Part shown: one piece after another, positions 8,626-17,314 of the stretch
Position numbering within the stretch: position 1 is the first letter of the stretch
Layout: each line of letters begins with the position of its first letter
DNA from: Desulfotalea psychrophila LSv54
Lineage (GTDB): Bacteria > Desulfobacterota > Desulfobulbia > Desulfobulbales > Desulfocapsaceae
DNA length: 32,000 bases
Direction: 5' to 3'
NCBI RefSeq assembly: GCF_000025945.1
Contig: NC_006138.1
Span: 2,490,001-2,522,000, forward strand
Notes under the pieces: generated by a model
Databases searched by the model: none
Told to the model about the DNA's origin: nothing
What the model saw: only the letters and a program-made list of their open reading frames with translations
Made by a program: the position numbers and the translations under genes

Positions 8626-9555
8626 TTAACAACCAAAGGCCTTCTGTAAATTAGGAACGGTCTGCTTCTTACGACTCATCATTCCCTCAATCCACATGGC
8701 GCTCATCTCAAGTGTACCAGCAAAGGCACCCTCAATAAGAGCCGGATCATCGGAGAGAACAACCAGATCAGTTCCCTCTTTAACCACATCGGTAAGCATT
8801 AGCAGAACAGAGTGACGACCATCAGCTTTTACCTCTTCCATGGCGGCCAGCAGATCAGCACGAATGGAAGCAACCTGCTCAAGGTTGGCAAGCTCAAGTT
8901 GACCTATTCCTACCTTCTTACCGTTCATCTCAAAATCTTTATAGTCACGGAAGAGAAGATCTTTGGCAGGCACACCGTCAACCGAAGACTTAGCCTCAAG
9001 CATCGCCATAAAAAGCTCTTCAGTATCCTCAACTTTTGCCACAGCCTTAAGATCAGCAACGGCAATCTTATCATCCTCTGTACAGGTTGGGGATTTAAAG
9101 TTTACGGTATCACTTAAGATTGCGCTCAGCATTCCTGCCGCTACTGCCTGAGGAATTGCCACACCTGCCTCTTTATACATCTTGTTCAAAATAGTACCAG
9201 TACAGCCCACAGGCTCTGCCCGAAAAAGAATTGGACTGTTGGTGGTCAAATCACCAACCTTATGGTGATCGACAACAGCTACAACATTTGCCGTGGCGAG
9301 ATTAGCAGGTCCTTGGTTCAGATCACTAAAATCTACCAAAGCCACATCCTGTCCCGCCACATCACCGATCTCTTCTGGGGCCGCAAGGCCAAAGCGAGCC
9401 AAAAGCATAGCTGACTCGGGATTAAGGTCAGCTGCAGCACTTTGCATACATGCCTGAGCTTCCTGGCCCTGAGCGTTGAGCAGGGTAGCAAAGGCAATTG
9501 CAGAAAATACCGAGTCAGTATCAGGATTAGAGTGTCCTACTACGGAAATAGTCAT
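8626..9555 (-). CDS. ppaC: Manganese-dependent inorganic pyrophosphatase
   Basis: VVGHSNPDTDSVFSAIAFA, VDHHKVGDL, GCTGTILNKMY, LSDTVNFKSPT, family II PPase (DHH) motifs. Start at 9555 preferred. Confidence 0.96.
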   Translation of the reverse strand: MTISVVGHSNPDTDSVFSAIAFATLLNAQGQEAQACMQSAAADLNPESAMLLARFGLAAPEEIGDVAGQDVALVDFSDLNQGPANLATANVVAVVDHHKVGDLTTNSPILFRAEPVGCTGTILNKMYKEAGVAIPQAVAAGMLSAILSDTVNFKSPTCTEDDKIAVADLKAVAKVEDTEELFMAMLEAKSSVDGVPAKDLLFRDYKDFEMNGKKVGIGQLELANLEQVASIRADLLAAMEEVKADGRHSVLLMLTDVVKEGTDLVVLSDDPALIEGAFAGTLEMSAMWIEGMMSRKKQTVPNLQKAFGC

Positions 9556-9832
9556 GGGTGTTCCTCCAGTAAAAAATGAAAACAAAATAGGTTAAAAATC
9601 TACTTACAATATAAAAACAGAGCTCAAGGTCTGTTTACAATTTTTTCATTCCACTTCATAATTTAAAATAGTGGGTTAGAGGAGATGGGTCAAGGACAAA
9701 AAGTCATTTCCTAACTCTTCATACGTGTTTTCCTAAATCATATTTAAATCTTATAAAGATCCGTGACTTAAAAAAAAAATTACAGTACACTGCACAGGAT
9801 ATTTTTCAAATATAAAGATAAGGAATAGGTAC

Positions 9833-10765
9833 ATGGAAGAGCAAACAAAACAAACAGGAAGCACCTTTAAAAAGATAGGTGTTGCAGCTATTATCTCCCT
9901 CGCCATTATCTGCGCCATCGTCTGGTATTTTAGCAGAGAAACAGCAACTTCTCTGCAGGAATCGTCTCCGCTTAAGGCAGTAGCCACTGACATAAAGACA
10001 GAGGCAACAGATCAAGCAGATACAGTAGAGAGTTCAGTTCTCCTCGCTCCTGACAATATAGAGACCATTGCGGGGGAAAATATATCCCTCCCAGAACAAG
10101 TTGAAATTGCTGAAAAGCAACAGGCCAAGCCAGAAGCTCTTACCATTTATCAGGCCACAAGCCAACTGAACACCTTTTTCTCCCAACTCGATAAAGAGAC
10201 CTATATAGAGAAACGCCAACTCAGCCAGGGCAGCAAGGCTCATTTTAGCAAGCTACTGCAGGATATTGTCGACAACCCCCCCGTTATCACAGGAGAATCC
10301 GATGATCTCTTTACCCTTCTGCAAAATACGGCTCATTTCTATCGAGTACTTGGTGGGAAAAATATTTCTTTGATCAAAGAGGTATTAGATAAAGAGAACA
10401 ATCAAGTAGAGTCAGTAGCCGCGGATCTCTACCTCATCCTCCAACAGCCAGATACCCTTAAAGAGCAGTATGGGGTCAGCCTGCCCCCAACAGCCCTCTA
10501 CGACTATGGTTGCTTTTTTCTCAATACCTTGGGGGGAAGACTCTATATGTTTCGCCGGGATCTTGATCTACGCACTATTCTCAGCTACTATGCTCTCTTT
10601 TTTGTTCATCAGGCAGAGGAGAAGGGCCTTAACCGTCATGGTATTGATATTAGACCTTTTCTCGAAAAGACCATCAAAGAACTTGAAACCCATGGGCAAA
10701 ATATACAGAGACGCGATTACTATCTTGAAAATCTCTATATGCTAGAGAAAAACCTGGAACAGTAG
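9833..10765 (+). CDS. Hypothetical protein with single N-terminal transmembrane segment
   Basis: Open frame of 310 aa; TM segment VAAIISLAIICAIVWYF; no family recognised. Confidence 0.7.
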   Translation: MEEQTKQTGSTFKKIGVAAIISLAIICAIVWYFSRETATSLQESSPLKAVATDIKTEATDQADTVESSVLLAPDNIETIAGENISLPEQVEIAEKQQAKPEALTIYQATSQLNTFFSQLDKETYIEKRQLSQGSKAHFSKLLQDIVDNPPVITGESDDLFTLLQNTAHFYRVLGGKNISLIKEVLDKENNQVESVAADLYLILQQPDTLKEQYGVSLPPTALYDYGCFFLNTLGGRLYMFRRDLDLRTILSYYALFFVHQAEEKGLNRHGIDIRPFLEKTIKELETHGQNIQRRDYYLENLYMLEKNLEQ

Positions 10766-10769
10766 CCAT

Positions 10770-11456
10770 ATGGATAAGCTCTCACTCTCTTCTCAAGAAG
10801 CTTTTATTGGTAACAAGCAGTTACAGTCAATAAACAAAAGCCAAACAAGGGCAGGAGAAGAAAAAAATTCAGAGGAGGGGTCCCACCGAGACAGGGTAGA
10901 ACTCTCTGAAGAGGGCAAGGCTCTGGCCAAGGCAGGTATCGCCCAAGAGTTGACCTTTACTGACCTGCAAAAGGTACAAAAATTACAAAAACGGGATACC
11001 GAGGTACAGGTACACGAACAGGCCCATCTGGCCGCCGCCGGTGGTTATGCCCGGGGCGGTGCAAATTTGAGCTATGAAAAAGGCCCCGATGGCAAATCCT
11101 ATGCGGTAGAGGGTTCTGTTCAGATTGACACCAGTCAGGAAAAAACCCCTGAGGCAACGATTAGTAAGATGCGCACCGTTCGTCAGGCCGCCCTTGCCCC
11201 GGCAAATCCCTCCGGGGCCGATAAACAGGTAGCAGCTCAGGCGACAGCAAAGGAGCAGAGAGCCCGGGAAGAGCTTGCTAAAAAAGATAGGGAAAACGGT
11301 TCATTAGGTAAAGCTGCTGAGCCAGGGGCAGACAAGCATGGTGAACCGCTTGCTGAGTCCTCTAAGCAGGCAGCGCCCCCTCAGCATAGAACACGATTAA
11401 TGGTTCAGGCATATACTGCAACACCGGCAAATGAGTCGCTCTCTCTCATTGCCTAA
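10770..11456 (+). CDS. SprA-related putative metalloprotease
   Basis: TEVQVHEQAHLAAAGGYARGGANLSYEKGPDGKSYAVEGSVQIDTS...ISKMRTVRQAALAPANPSGADKQVAAQA; HExxH with the SprA-like GPDGKxYAVxGEV-type block. Confidence 0.75.
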   Translation: MDKLSLSSQEAFIGNKQLQSINKSQTRAGEEKNSEEGSHRDRVELSEEGKALAKAGIAQELTFTDLQKVQKLQKRDTEVQVHEQAHLAAAGGYARGGANLSYEKGPDGKSYAVEGSVQIDTSQEKTPEATISKMRTVRQAALAPANPSGADKQVAAQATAKEQRAREELAKKDRENGSLGKAAEPGADKHGEPLAESSKQAAPPQHRTRLMVQAYTATPANESLSLIA

Positions 11457-11488
11457 ATCCCCTTCTAACACGATAGAACACAACAATC

Positions 11489-12802
11489 ATGAACGACTTC
11501 CGTCAGCATGCTCAGAACCTTATAGACTTTATCTCCTCCTCACCAACTGCCTTCCATGCCACCGCCACAATACGGCAGATGCTTCAGGCCAATGGCTTTT
11601 GTCAGCTATTCGAGGGAGAGAGCTGGGATCTCCAACAGGGGACAGGATACTTTGTCGTCCGAGACCAGGGAGCCCTGATCGCCTTTACCTTGGGACAGGA
11701 AGAGCGTCTGGAAGATGGATTTAGAATGCTCGGTGCTCATACCGACAGCCCCAGCCTTCAGCTTAAGCCTCACCCTCTTCATCATAAAAAAAGCTACTGC
11801 AAGCTGGCGGTAGAACTCTATGGCGGTGCCCTGTTGGCCACTTGGTTTGATCGTGATCTCTCTATTGCCGGTCGGGTACTCGTTCGTAGCGGGGAGGGGG
11901 AGTACCAAAAAATACTCCTTGATTTTGCTCGTCCTCTGCTCTGTATTCCAAGTCTGGCTATTCATCTGGACAGAGAGGCCAATAAGAACAGGAGTATTAA
12001 CTCTCAAAAAGAGTTGGAGCCGCTCCTGAGCCAAAAAATTAATGCGGGTCTTCCCGATTTCAACACCATCCTCAAAAAGCAGATAGAGAGGGAGTATCCG
12101 GCCATTAGCGTGGAGGAGATCCTCTCCTTTGATCTTTTCTGCTATGATCAGCAGAAACCATCCCTTCTCGGGCTGGAAGAGGAGTTTATGGTCACCAGTC
12201 GCCTTGACAATCAGTTAAGCTGTCATGCCGGTGCCAGAGCTATCATAGATGCAGGTTTTGCCAAAAACACCATGCTCCTCTGCTTTAACCATGAAGAAAA
12301 TGGCTCCGTTTCCACCAGCGGTGGCGATAGCTCTTTTGTTAATACAGTAATTGAGCGTATCATAGCAGAGCCTGAAAAGAGACATATCGCCCTGGCCCGC
12401 TCTTTTTTAATCTCCATGGATAATGCCCACGCAACTCATCCAAATTATCCGGAAAAGTCAGAGGAAAATCACAATATTGATCTCAACTATGGTCCTGTCA
12501 TAAAGATAAATGCTAACCAACGCTATGCCACCAGCGCCATAAGTGCCGGCATCTATAAGGCAATAGCCCGGGAGGCGGGTGTCCCCTGTCAGGAGTTTGT
12601 CATGAAAAGCGACATGCCCTGCGGCTCTACCATTGGCCCCATGATCTCAGCTCGACTCGGGGTAAGGACCATTGATGTTGGTGCGGCAAGCTTTGCCATG
12701 CACTCCATTAGAGAGATGACCGGGGTCAAGGATCCCTATCTTCTCTACCGGGTCGCAGCCCATTTTTTACAATCTGATATACACCATAAAATTCATGAAT
12801 AG
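11489..12802 (+). CDS. apeB: M18 family aminopeptidase
   Basis: LGAHTDSPSLQLKP, CFNHEENGSVSTSGGDSSF, MDNAHATHPNYPEK, GPMISARLGVRTIDVGAASFAMHSIREM; M18 metal-binding residues. Confidence 0.93.
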   Translation: MNDFRQHAQNLIDFISSSPTAFHATATIRQMLQANGFCQLFEGESWDLQQGTGYFVVRDQGALIAFTLGQEERLEDGFRMLGAHTDSPSLQLKPHPLHHKKSYCKLAVELYGGALLATWFDRDLSIAGRVLVRSGEGEYQKILLDFARPLLCIPSLAIHLDREANKNRSINSQKELEPLLSQKINAGLPDFNTILKKQIEREYPAISVEEILSFDLFCYDQQKPSLLGLEEEFMVTSRLDNQLSCHAGARAIIDAGFAKNTMLLCFNHEENGSVSTSGGDSSFVNTVIERIIAEPEKRHIALARSFLISMDNAHATHPNYPEKSEENHNIDLNYGPVIKINANQRYATSAISAGIYKAIAREAGVPCQEFVMKSDMPCGSTIGPMISARLGVRTIDVGAASFAMHSIREMTGVKDPYLLYRVAAHFLQSDIHHKIHE

Positions 12803-13418
12803 ATTGCTTCATCTTATGCTGTTACAGCCTGTAATAATTCTCTTGTTCCTCTTGCTACCTGTCGCAGGGCAGGCTGAATTGCAACACTATGTCAAAAAAT
12901 ACCAGAGGGTCAACGTTCCCGAGGTTTTCCTTAATAAAATGGAATCATATGACCATCTGGTAAAATATTTTTCCTCTTTTGCCTATTTCGTTCCCCGCCA
13001 TCAGGTAAACCCCTATTTTATTCACGCCCTCATCCTTGCCGAGTCAAGTGCAAATCCACGGGCCATCTCTCCGGAAAAAGCATATGGTCTTGGCCAAATT
13101 ATCCTCTCCACAGCCAGGATTGCAGGACGTGAACTGGCAGACTCTGGTATAGAGTTTAAATATATCCGTGAAAGTAGACTGAAAAACCTGCGGAGAAATG
13201 ATCTCTTTAACCCCGCTATCAATATTCTCCTCACCTGTTACCTTATTGCAAAATATAATTATAAGTTTAATGGTCAGCTGGAACTGGTCATCACTGCCTG
13301 GAATGCCGGAGAGTACAGCAAATATCTCTATCATGGCAAGCACGCCCCCTATAAAGAGACAGAAAATCTTATTGGCAAAGTAAATGGCTACTATAACTAC
13401 CTTTTAAAGAACAGATAG
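12795..13418 (+). CDS. Lytic transglycosylase (SLT domain) with signal peptide
   Basis: IHALILAESSANPRAISPEKAYGLGQIILSTARIAG...NIxLTCYLIAKYN...TAWNAGEYSKYLYHGKHAPYKET; ES and GLxQ/NAG motifs. Overlaps the M18 gene by 8 nt. Confidence 0.85.
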   Translation: MNRLLHLMLLQPVIILLFLLLPVAGQAELQHYVKKYQRVNVPEVFLNKMESYDHLVKYFSSFAYFVPRHQVNPYFIHALILAESSANPRAISPEKAYGLGQIILSTARIAGRELADSGIEFKYIRESRLKNLRRNDLFNPAINILLTCYLIAKYNYKFNGQLELVITAWNAGEYSKYLYHGKHAPYKETENLIGKVNGYYNYLLKNR

Positions 13419-13538
13419 ATATCTGCTCTTTTTTCTGCTATTCTGTAGAATAGTGTTCCATATCTATGAAGAAGCAATGTGTTCATAATTTTATTCAAAA
13501 ATATCTTACAGGTGTAAGATTAGATTTAGAGGATATGC

Positions 13539-15224
13539 ATGAGTACCGATGACAAAAAAATCATCTATTCGATGATGAAGGTAAGTAAGTACTATGATGA
13601 CAAACCTATTATAAAGGACATCTCCCTCTCCTACTACTACGGCGCCAAAATTGGCGTACTGGGGCTCAACGGTTCGGGTAAGAGTACCCTGCTTAAGATA
13701 CTTGCCGGAGTTGACACAGAGTATAATGGTGAGACCACCCTCTCTGCAGGTCTTACCGTCGACTATCTCCCTCAGGAACCGGATCTTGATCCTGAAAAGA
13801 CCGTACGGCAAATTGTAGAAGAGGGGGTTCAGGGAACCGTTGATCTTCTTGCTGAGTTTAATGAGATTAATGAAAAGTTTGCAGAACCCATGACCGATGA
13901 CGAGATGCAAGACCTCATCGATCGCCAGGCAAAGGTTCAGGAAAAGCTCGACCATCTTGAAGCTTGGGACCTGGATAGCCGACTTGATATGGCCATGGAG
14001 GCTCTCCGCTGCCCTCCAGCAGATCACACCTGTGGAATTTTATCCGGTGGTGAGCAGAGAAGGGTTGCCCTCTGCCGTATCCTTCTTAAAAAGCCGGATA
14101 TTCTTCTTCTGGATGAGCCAACAAACCATCTTGATGCTGAGTCTGTTGCCTGGCTTGAACACCACCTGCAAACCTATGCAGGAACCGTTATTGCCGTAAC
14201 CCATGATAGATACTTCCTTGATAACGTCGCCGGCTGGATTCTTGAGCTTGATCGTGGTATCGGTATCCCCTGGAAGGGCAACTACTCCTCTTGGCTTGAT
14301 CAGAAGCAGAAGAGACTTGCCCAAGAAGAGAAGAAGGAGAGTGAACGTCAACGTACCCTTAAGCGTGAGCTTGAATGGGTAAAAATGTCCCCTAAGGGAC
14401 GGCGAAGCAAATCAAAGGCGCGTATCAGTTCCTACGAAAACCTTCTCTCCCAGGATACCGAGAAGAGAGCCAAGGAACTGGAGATCTTTATCCCCAGTGG
14501 TCCGCGTCTTGGTAAGGTTGTTATCGAGGCCAAGGATATTTGCAAGGGATTTGGTGATCGTCTTTTGGTTGAAAATATGAATTTCAGCCTTCCACCGGGT
14601 GGTATTGTAGGTATTATCGGACCAAACGGTGCCGGCAAGAGTACCCTCTTTAAGATGATTACCGGTGAAGAGGAGCCTAATAGCGGTTCTATCCGCATAG
14701 GTGAGACGGCAAAGATTGCCTACTCCGAGCAGGCCCGAGGGAAAAATCTTGATCCAGAAAGCACCATCTGGGAGGCCATCTCCGAGGGACAGGAGACCAT
14801 CTGGCTGGGAACCAAAGAGGTGAATAGTCGCGCCTATGTCGGCAAGTTCAACTTTTCAGGAACAGAGCAACAGAAAAAGGTAGGCCTGCTCTCCGGTGGT
14901 CAACGTAATAGGGTCCATCTGGCCCGAACCCTCAAGGAGGGTGGTAACGTTCTCCTTCTTGATGAGCCCACCAATGATCTTGATGTAAATACCCTGCGTG
15001 CCCTTGAAGAGGCCTTGGAAAATTTTGGCGGATGCGCCGTAGTAATCAGCCATGATCGTTGGTTTCTCGATCGCATTGCCACTCATATCCTTGCCTTTGA
15101 GGGTGACTCTCAGGTGGTTTGGTTTGAAGGTAACTACTCTGATTACGAGAAAGACAAGAAGGCACGACTTGGTACAGCGGCAGATCAGCCCCACCGTATC
15201 AAATATCGCCAGCTAACAAGATAG
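13539..15224 (+). CDS. ettA: Energy-dependent translational throttle protein EttA (ABC-F)
   Basis: Two ABC domains (GLNGSGKSTLLK; GPNGAGKSTLFK; LSGGEQRRVALCR; LSGGQRNRVHLAR) and a PtIM linker; 561 aa. Confidence 0.95.
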   Translation: MSTDDKKIIYSMMKVSKYYDDKPIIKDISLSYYYGAKIGVLGLNGSGKSTLLKILAGVDTEYNGETTLSAGLTVDYLPQEPDLDPEKTVRQIVEEGVQGTVDLLAEFNEINEKFAEPMTDDEMQDLIDRQAKVQEKLDHLEAWDLDSRLDMAMEALRCPPADHTCGILSGGEQRRVALCRILLKKPDILLLDEPTNHLDAESVAWLEHHLQTYAGTVIAVTHDRYFLDNVAGWILELDRGIGIPWKGNYSSWLDQKQKRLAQEEKKESERQRTLKRELEWVKMSPKGRRSKSKARISSYENLLSQDTEKRAKELEIFIPSGPRLGKVVIEAKDICKGFGDRLLVENMNFSLPPGGIVGIIGPNGAGKSTLFKMITGEEEPNSGSIRIGETAKIAYSEQARGKNLDPESTIWEAISEGQETIWLGTKEVNSRAYVGKFNFSGTEQQKKVGLLSGGQRNRVHLARTLKEGGNVLLLDEPTNDLDVNTLRALEEALENFGGCAVVISHDRWFLDRIATHILAFEGDSQVVWFEGNYSDYEKDKKARLGTAADQPHRIKYRQLTR

Positions 15225-15236
15225 CAGGCGTAAACT

Positions 15237-15276
15237 GAAAATAACCATGGCCCCGTTCGGGGCCATGGTTATTTTC
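15237..15276. terminator. Bidirectional terminator between ettA and sdaA
   Basis: GAAAATAACCATGGCCCC (15237-15254), loop GTTC, GGGGCCATGGTTATTTTC (15259-15276): 18-bp perfect stem. Confidence 0.85.
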
Positions 15277-15288
15277 ATCCGGCCCAAC

Positions 15289-16497
15289 CTACTTATGCGT
15301 CTCAAAATATGAGGTGGCAAGACCACCAAGTGAGGTCTCACGATAGAGGGAAAGCATATCGTGACCAGTTTTTTGCATGGTCTTCACAACCTTATCAAAG
15401 GAAACTAAATGACTGCCATCGGAGAGTAGGGAATACTCTGCACAGGCAACGGCCTTTACTGCCGCAAAGGCATTGCGTTCAATACAGGGCACCTGAACAA
15501 GTCCTAAAATAGGATCACAGGTAAGGCCAAGATGGTGCTCCAGTGCCATTTCCGCAGCATATTCAATCTGTCTTGGTGAACCACCCATGAGTTGAGCAAC
15601 AGCACCTGCAGCCATGGCACAGGCCGTACCCACCTCACCCTGACACCCTACCTCAGCACCGGATATAGAGGCATTTTCTTTAACCAAATTGCCAATAATA
15701 CCAGCGGTAGCCATCGCATTTAAAATACTTCTCATACTATGGCCCTTTTCAAAAAAGTAATAGTAAAGAACACTTGGCAGGATACCGCAGGAACCACAGG
15801 TGGGAGCAGTAACCACAAAACCACCATCAGCATTTTCTTCAGCTACGGCTAGGGCATAACCGGAGAGGAGACCGGTACGTCCCTCGGTATCCTTTAACCT
15901 CCTGGCCTGAACCATAAAATCTCTGGCCTTTCTGCTTAATTTTAAACCTCCCTGCAACACCCCCTCTCTCTTTAAACCGGCGTCGATGCTCTCCTGCATC
16001 TTCATCCAGATATCAGCGAGGTAGCCTTCGACAAAGCCCTTTTCCTCTGTCTCTTCCACCAATTGCCAAATTGGTCTGCCTGAAAAGCTTGCCCACTCAA
16101 GAACATCTGCCATGGATTTTTGACTATAGATATGAGGCTGCTCACTAGCTCCTGCTCCCTCATCGCGCAACTCTCCGCCACCAATGCTAAAGGTGGTCCA
16201 CTCATCTATTACCTGGCCTGCACCATCAAGGGCCTCCAGTTTCATGCCATTGGGATGAAAGGATAACTCTTTATCAATCCAAACAATTTCACAGGGGATT
16301 GGGGCAAGGGCCGTAATGATGGCCTTATCAGTAAGATGGCCCTTACCCGTTAGGCTGAGACTGCCATAGAGGCTTACCCGATAAGATACTGCATCTTTGC
16401 TCTTGGCTTTAAACAGCCGAGCTGCATTGTTAGGCCCAATGGTATGACTCGATGAAGGCCCCATGCCATAGCGATAGAGATATTGTAATGATTGCAT
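15289..16497 (-). CDS. sdaA: L-serine ammonia-lyase, iron-sulfur-dependent, single chain
   Basis: YGMGPSSSHTIGPNNAA, TAPTCGSCGILPSVLYYY, SGAEVGCQGEVGTACAMAAG, HHLGLTCDPILGLVQVPCIERNA. Confidence 0.94.
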   Translation of the reverse strand: MQSLQYLYRYGMGPSSSHTIGPNNAARLFKAKSKDAVSYRVSLYGSLSLTGKGHLTDKAIITALAPIPCEIVWIDKELSFHPNGMKLEALDGAGQVIDEWTTFSIGGGELRDEGAGASEQPHIYSQKSMADVLEWASFSGRPIWQLVEETEEKGFVEGYLADIWMKMQESIDAGLKREGVLQGGLKLSRKARDFMVQARRLKDTEGRTGLLSGYALAVAEENADGGFVVTAPTCGSCGILPSVLYYYFFEKGHSMRSILNAMATAGIIGNLVKENASISGAEVGCQGEVGTACAMAAGAVAQLMGGSPRQIEYAAEMALEHHLGLTCDPILGLVQVPCIERNAFAAVKAVACAEYSLLSDGSHLVSFDKVVKTMQKTGHDMLSLYRETSLGGLATSYFETHK

Positions 16498-16657
16498 ATT
16501 TAAAATCCTTTATGTAAAAAAAGAACCAATGATATTTGACAGAGGGGTGGAGGATAAGTAAATCAAGCTTCCCCCTTCCTCTAAGAAAACGACCACAGAT
16601 GGCCTTGTCACTATTTTTATCCACTCAACCAATTCCTGCAGATACAAGGCGGCGCCC

Positions 16658-17314
16658 TCAACACCCTATATCAAGCTCTCGAGCTATTGTCTTAAGAGAC
16701 AACTCTCCCTCACGAATGACAATAAGACCCTCTTTTTTAACGGCGAGTATAGTTGAAAAACCATTAAGGCCTCTCTGCCCATCATCAATAATATAATCAA
16801 CGAGATCACCGAACATATGTAAACAATCCTGAGCGGTTAATGCGGGTTTTTTCTGAGAGAAATTTGCACTGGTAGCGGTGAGTGGAATACCTGCACTTTC
16901 AACAAAAAACTGGGCCACGGGATGAGGAGAACGTCTAATGGCAATGGTCTTACTACCACCGGTGAGAATTGCTGGAATCGTCTCCTTTGCCTGAAAAATA
17001 AGGGTCAGAGGGCCGGGCCAAAAGCGTGCGATAAGGGGCTTATATAGAGGAGGAATGGCACATACACAGTCCAACAGCTGTGCATGGTTTGCCACAAGTA
17101 GGAGGAGGGGCTTTGACCTGTGGCGTCCCTTCAAGGAGTAAAGGCGCTCTATGGCCTCGACGTTATATGGATCAACGGCAAGACCATAGCTTGTCTCGGT
17201 GGGAAAGGCAACAATGCCACCCCTTCTTATGACATCCACAGCCTGAAGAATACTACTCTTCAGGCTGTGGGATAGCGGGTGAAACCTACTGAATTCGTTT
17301 TGCTTTTTCCTCAA
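16658..17314 (-). CDS. L-threonylcarbamoyladenylate synthase (Sua5/YciO/YrdC/TsaC family)
   Basis: GGIVAFPTETSYGLAVDPYNVEAIERLYSLKGRHRSKPLLLLV...FWPGPLTLIF...IRRSPHPVAQFFVESAGIPLTATSANFS. The track start codon is TTG; the true start is uncertain. Confidence 0.88.
   Translation of the reverse strand: MRKKQNEFSRFHPLSHSLKSSILQAVDVIRRGGIVAFPTETSYGLAVDPYNVEAIERLYSLKGRHRSKPLLLLVANHAQLLDCVCAIPPLYKPLIARFWPGPLTLIFQAKETIPAILTGGSKTIAIRRSPHPVAQFFVESAGIPLTATSANFSQKKPALTAQDCLHMFGDLVDYIIDDGQRGLNGFSTILAVKKEGLIVIREGELSLKTIARELDIGC

Noticed and set aside
11489-12034. ORF 11606..12034 (-), 142 aa
   Set aside because: Antisense to the well-supported M18 aminopeptidase.
13438-13453. Short palindrome CTATTCTGTAGAATAG upstream of ettA
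   Set aside because: Only 7 bp arms with a 2-nt spacer; too short to claim a function without comparative data.
13506-14027. 173-aa ORF on the minus strand
   Set aside because: Antisense to ettA, which has unambiguous ABC-F motifs.
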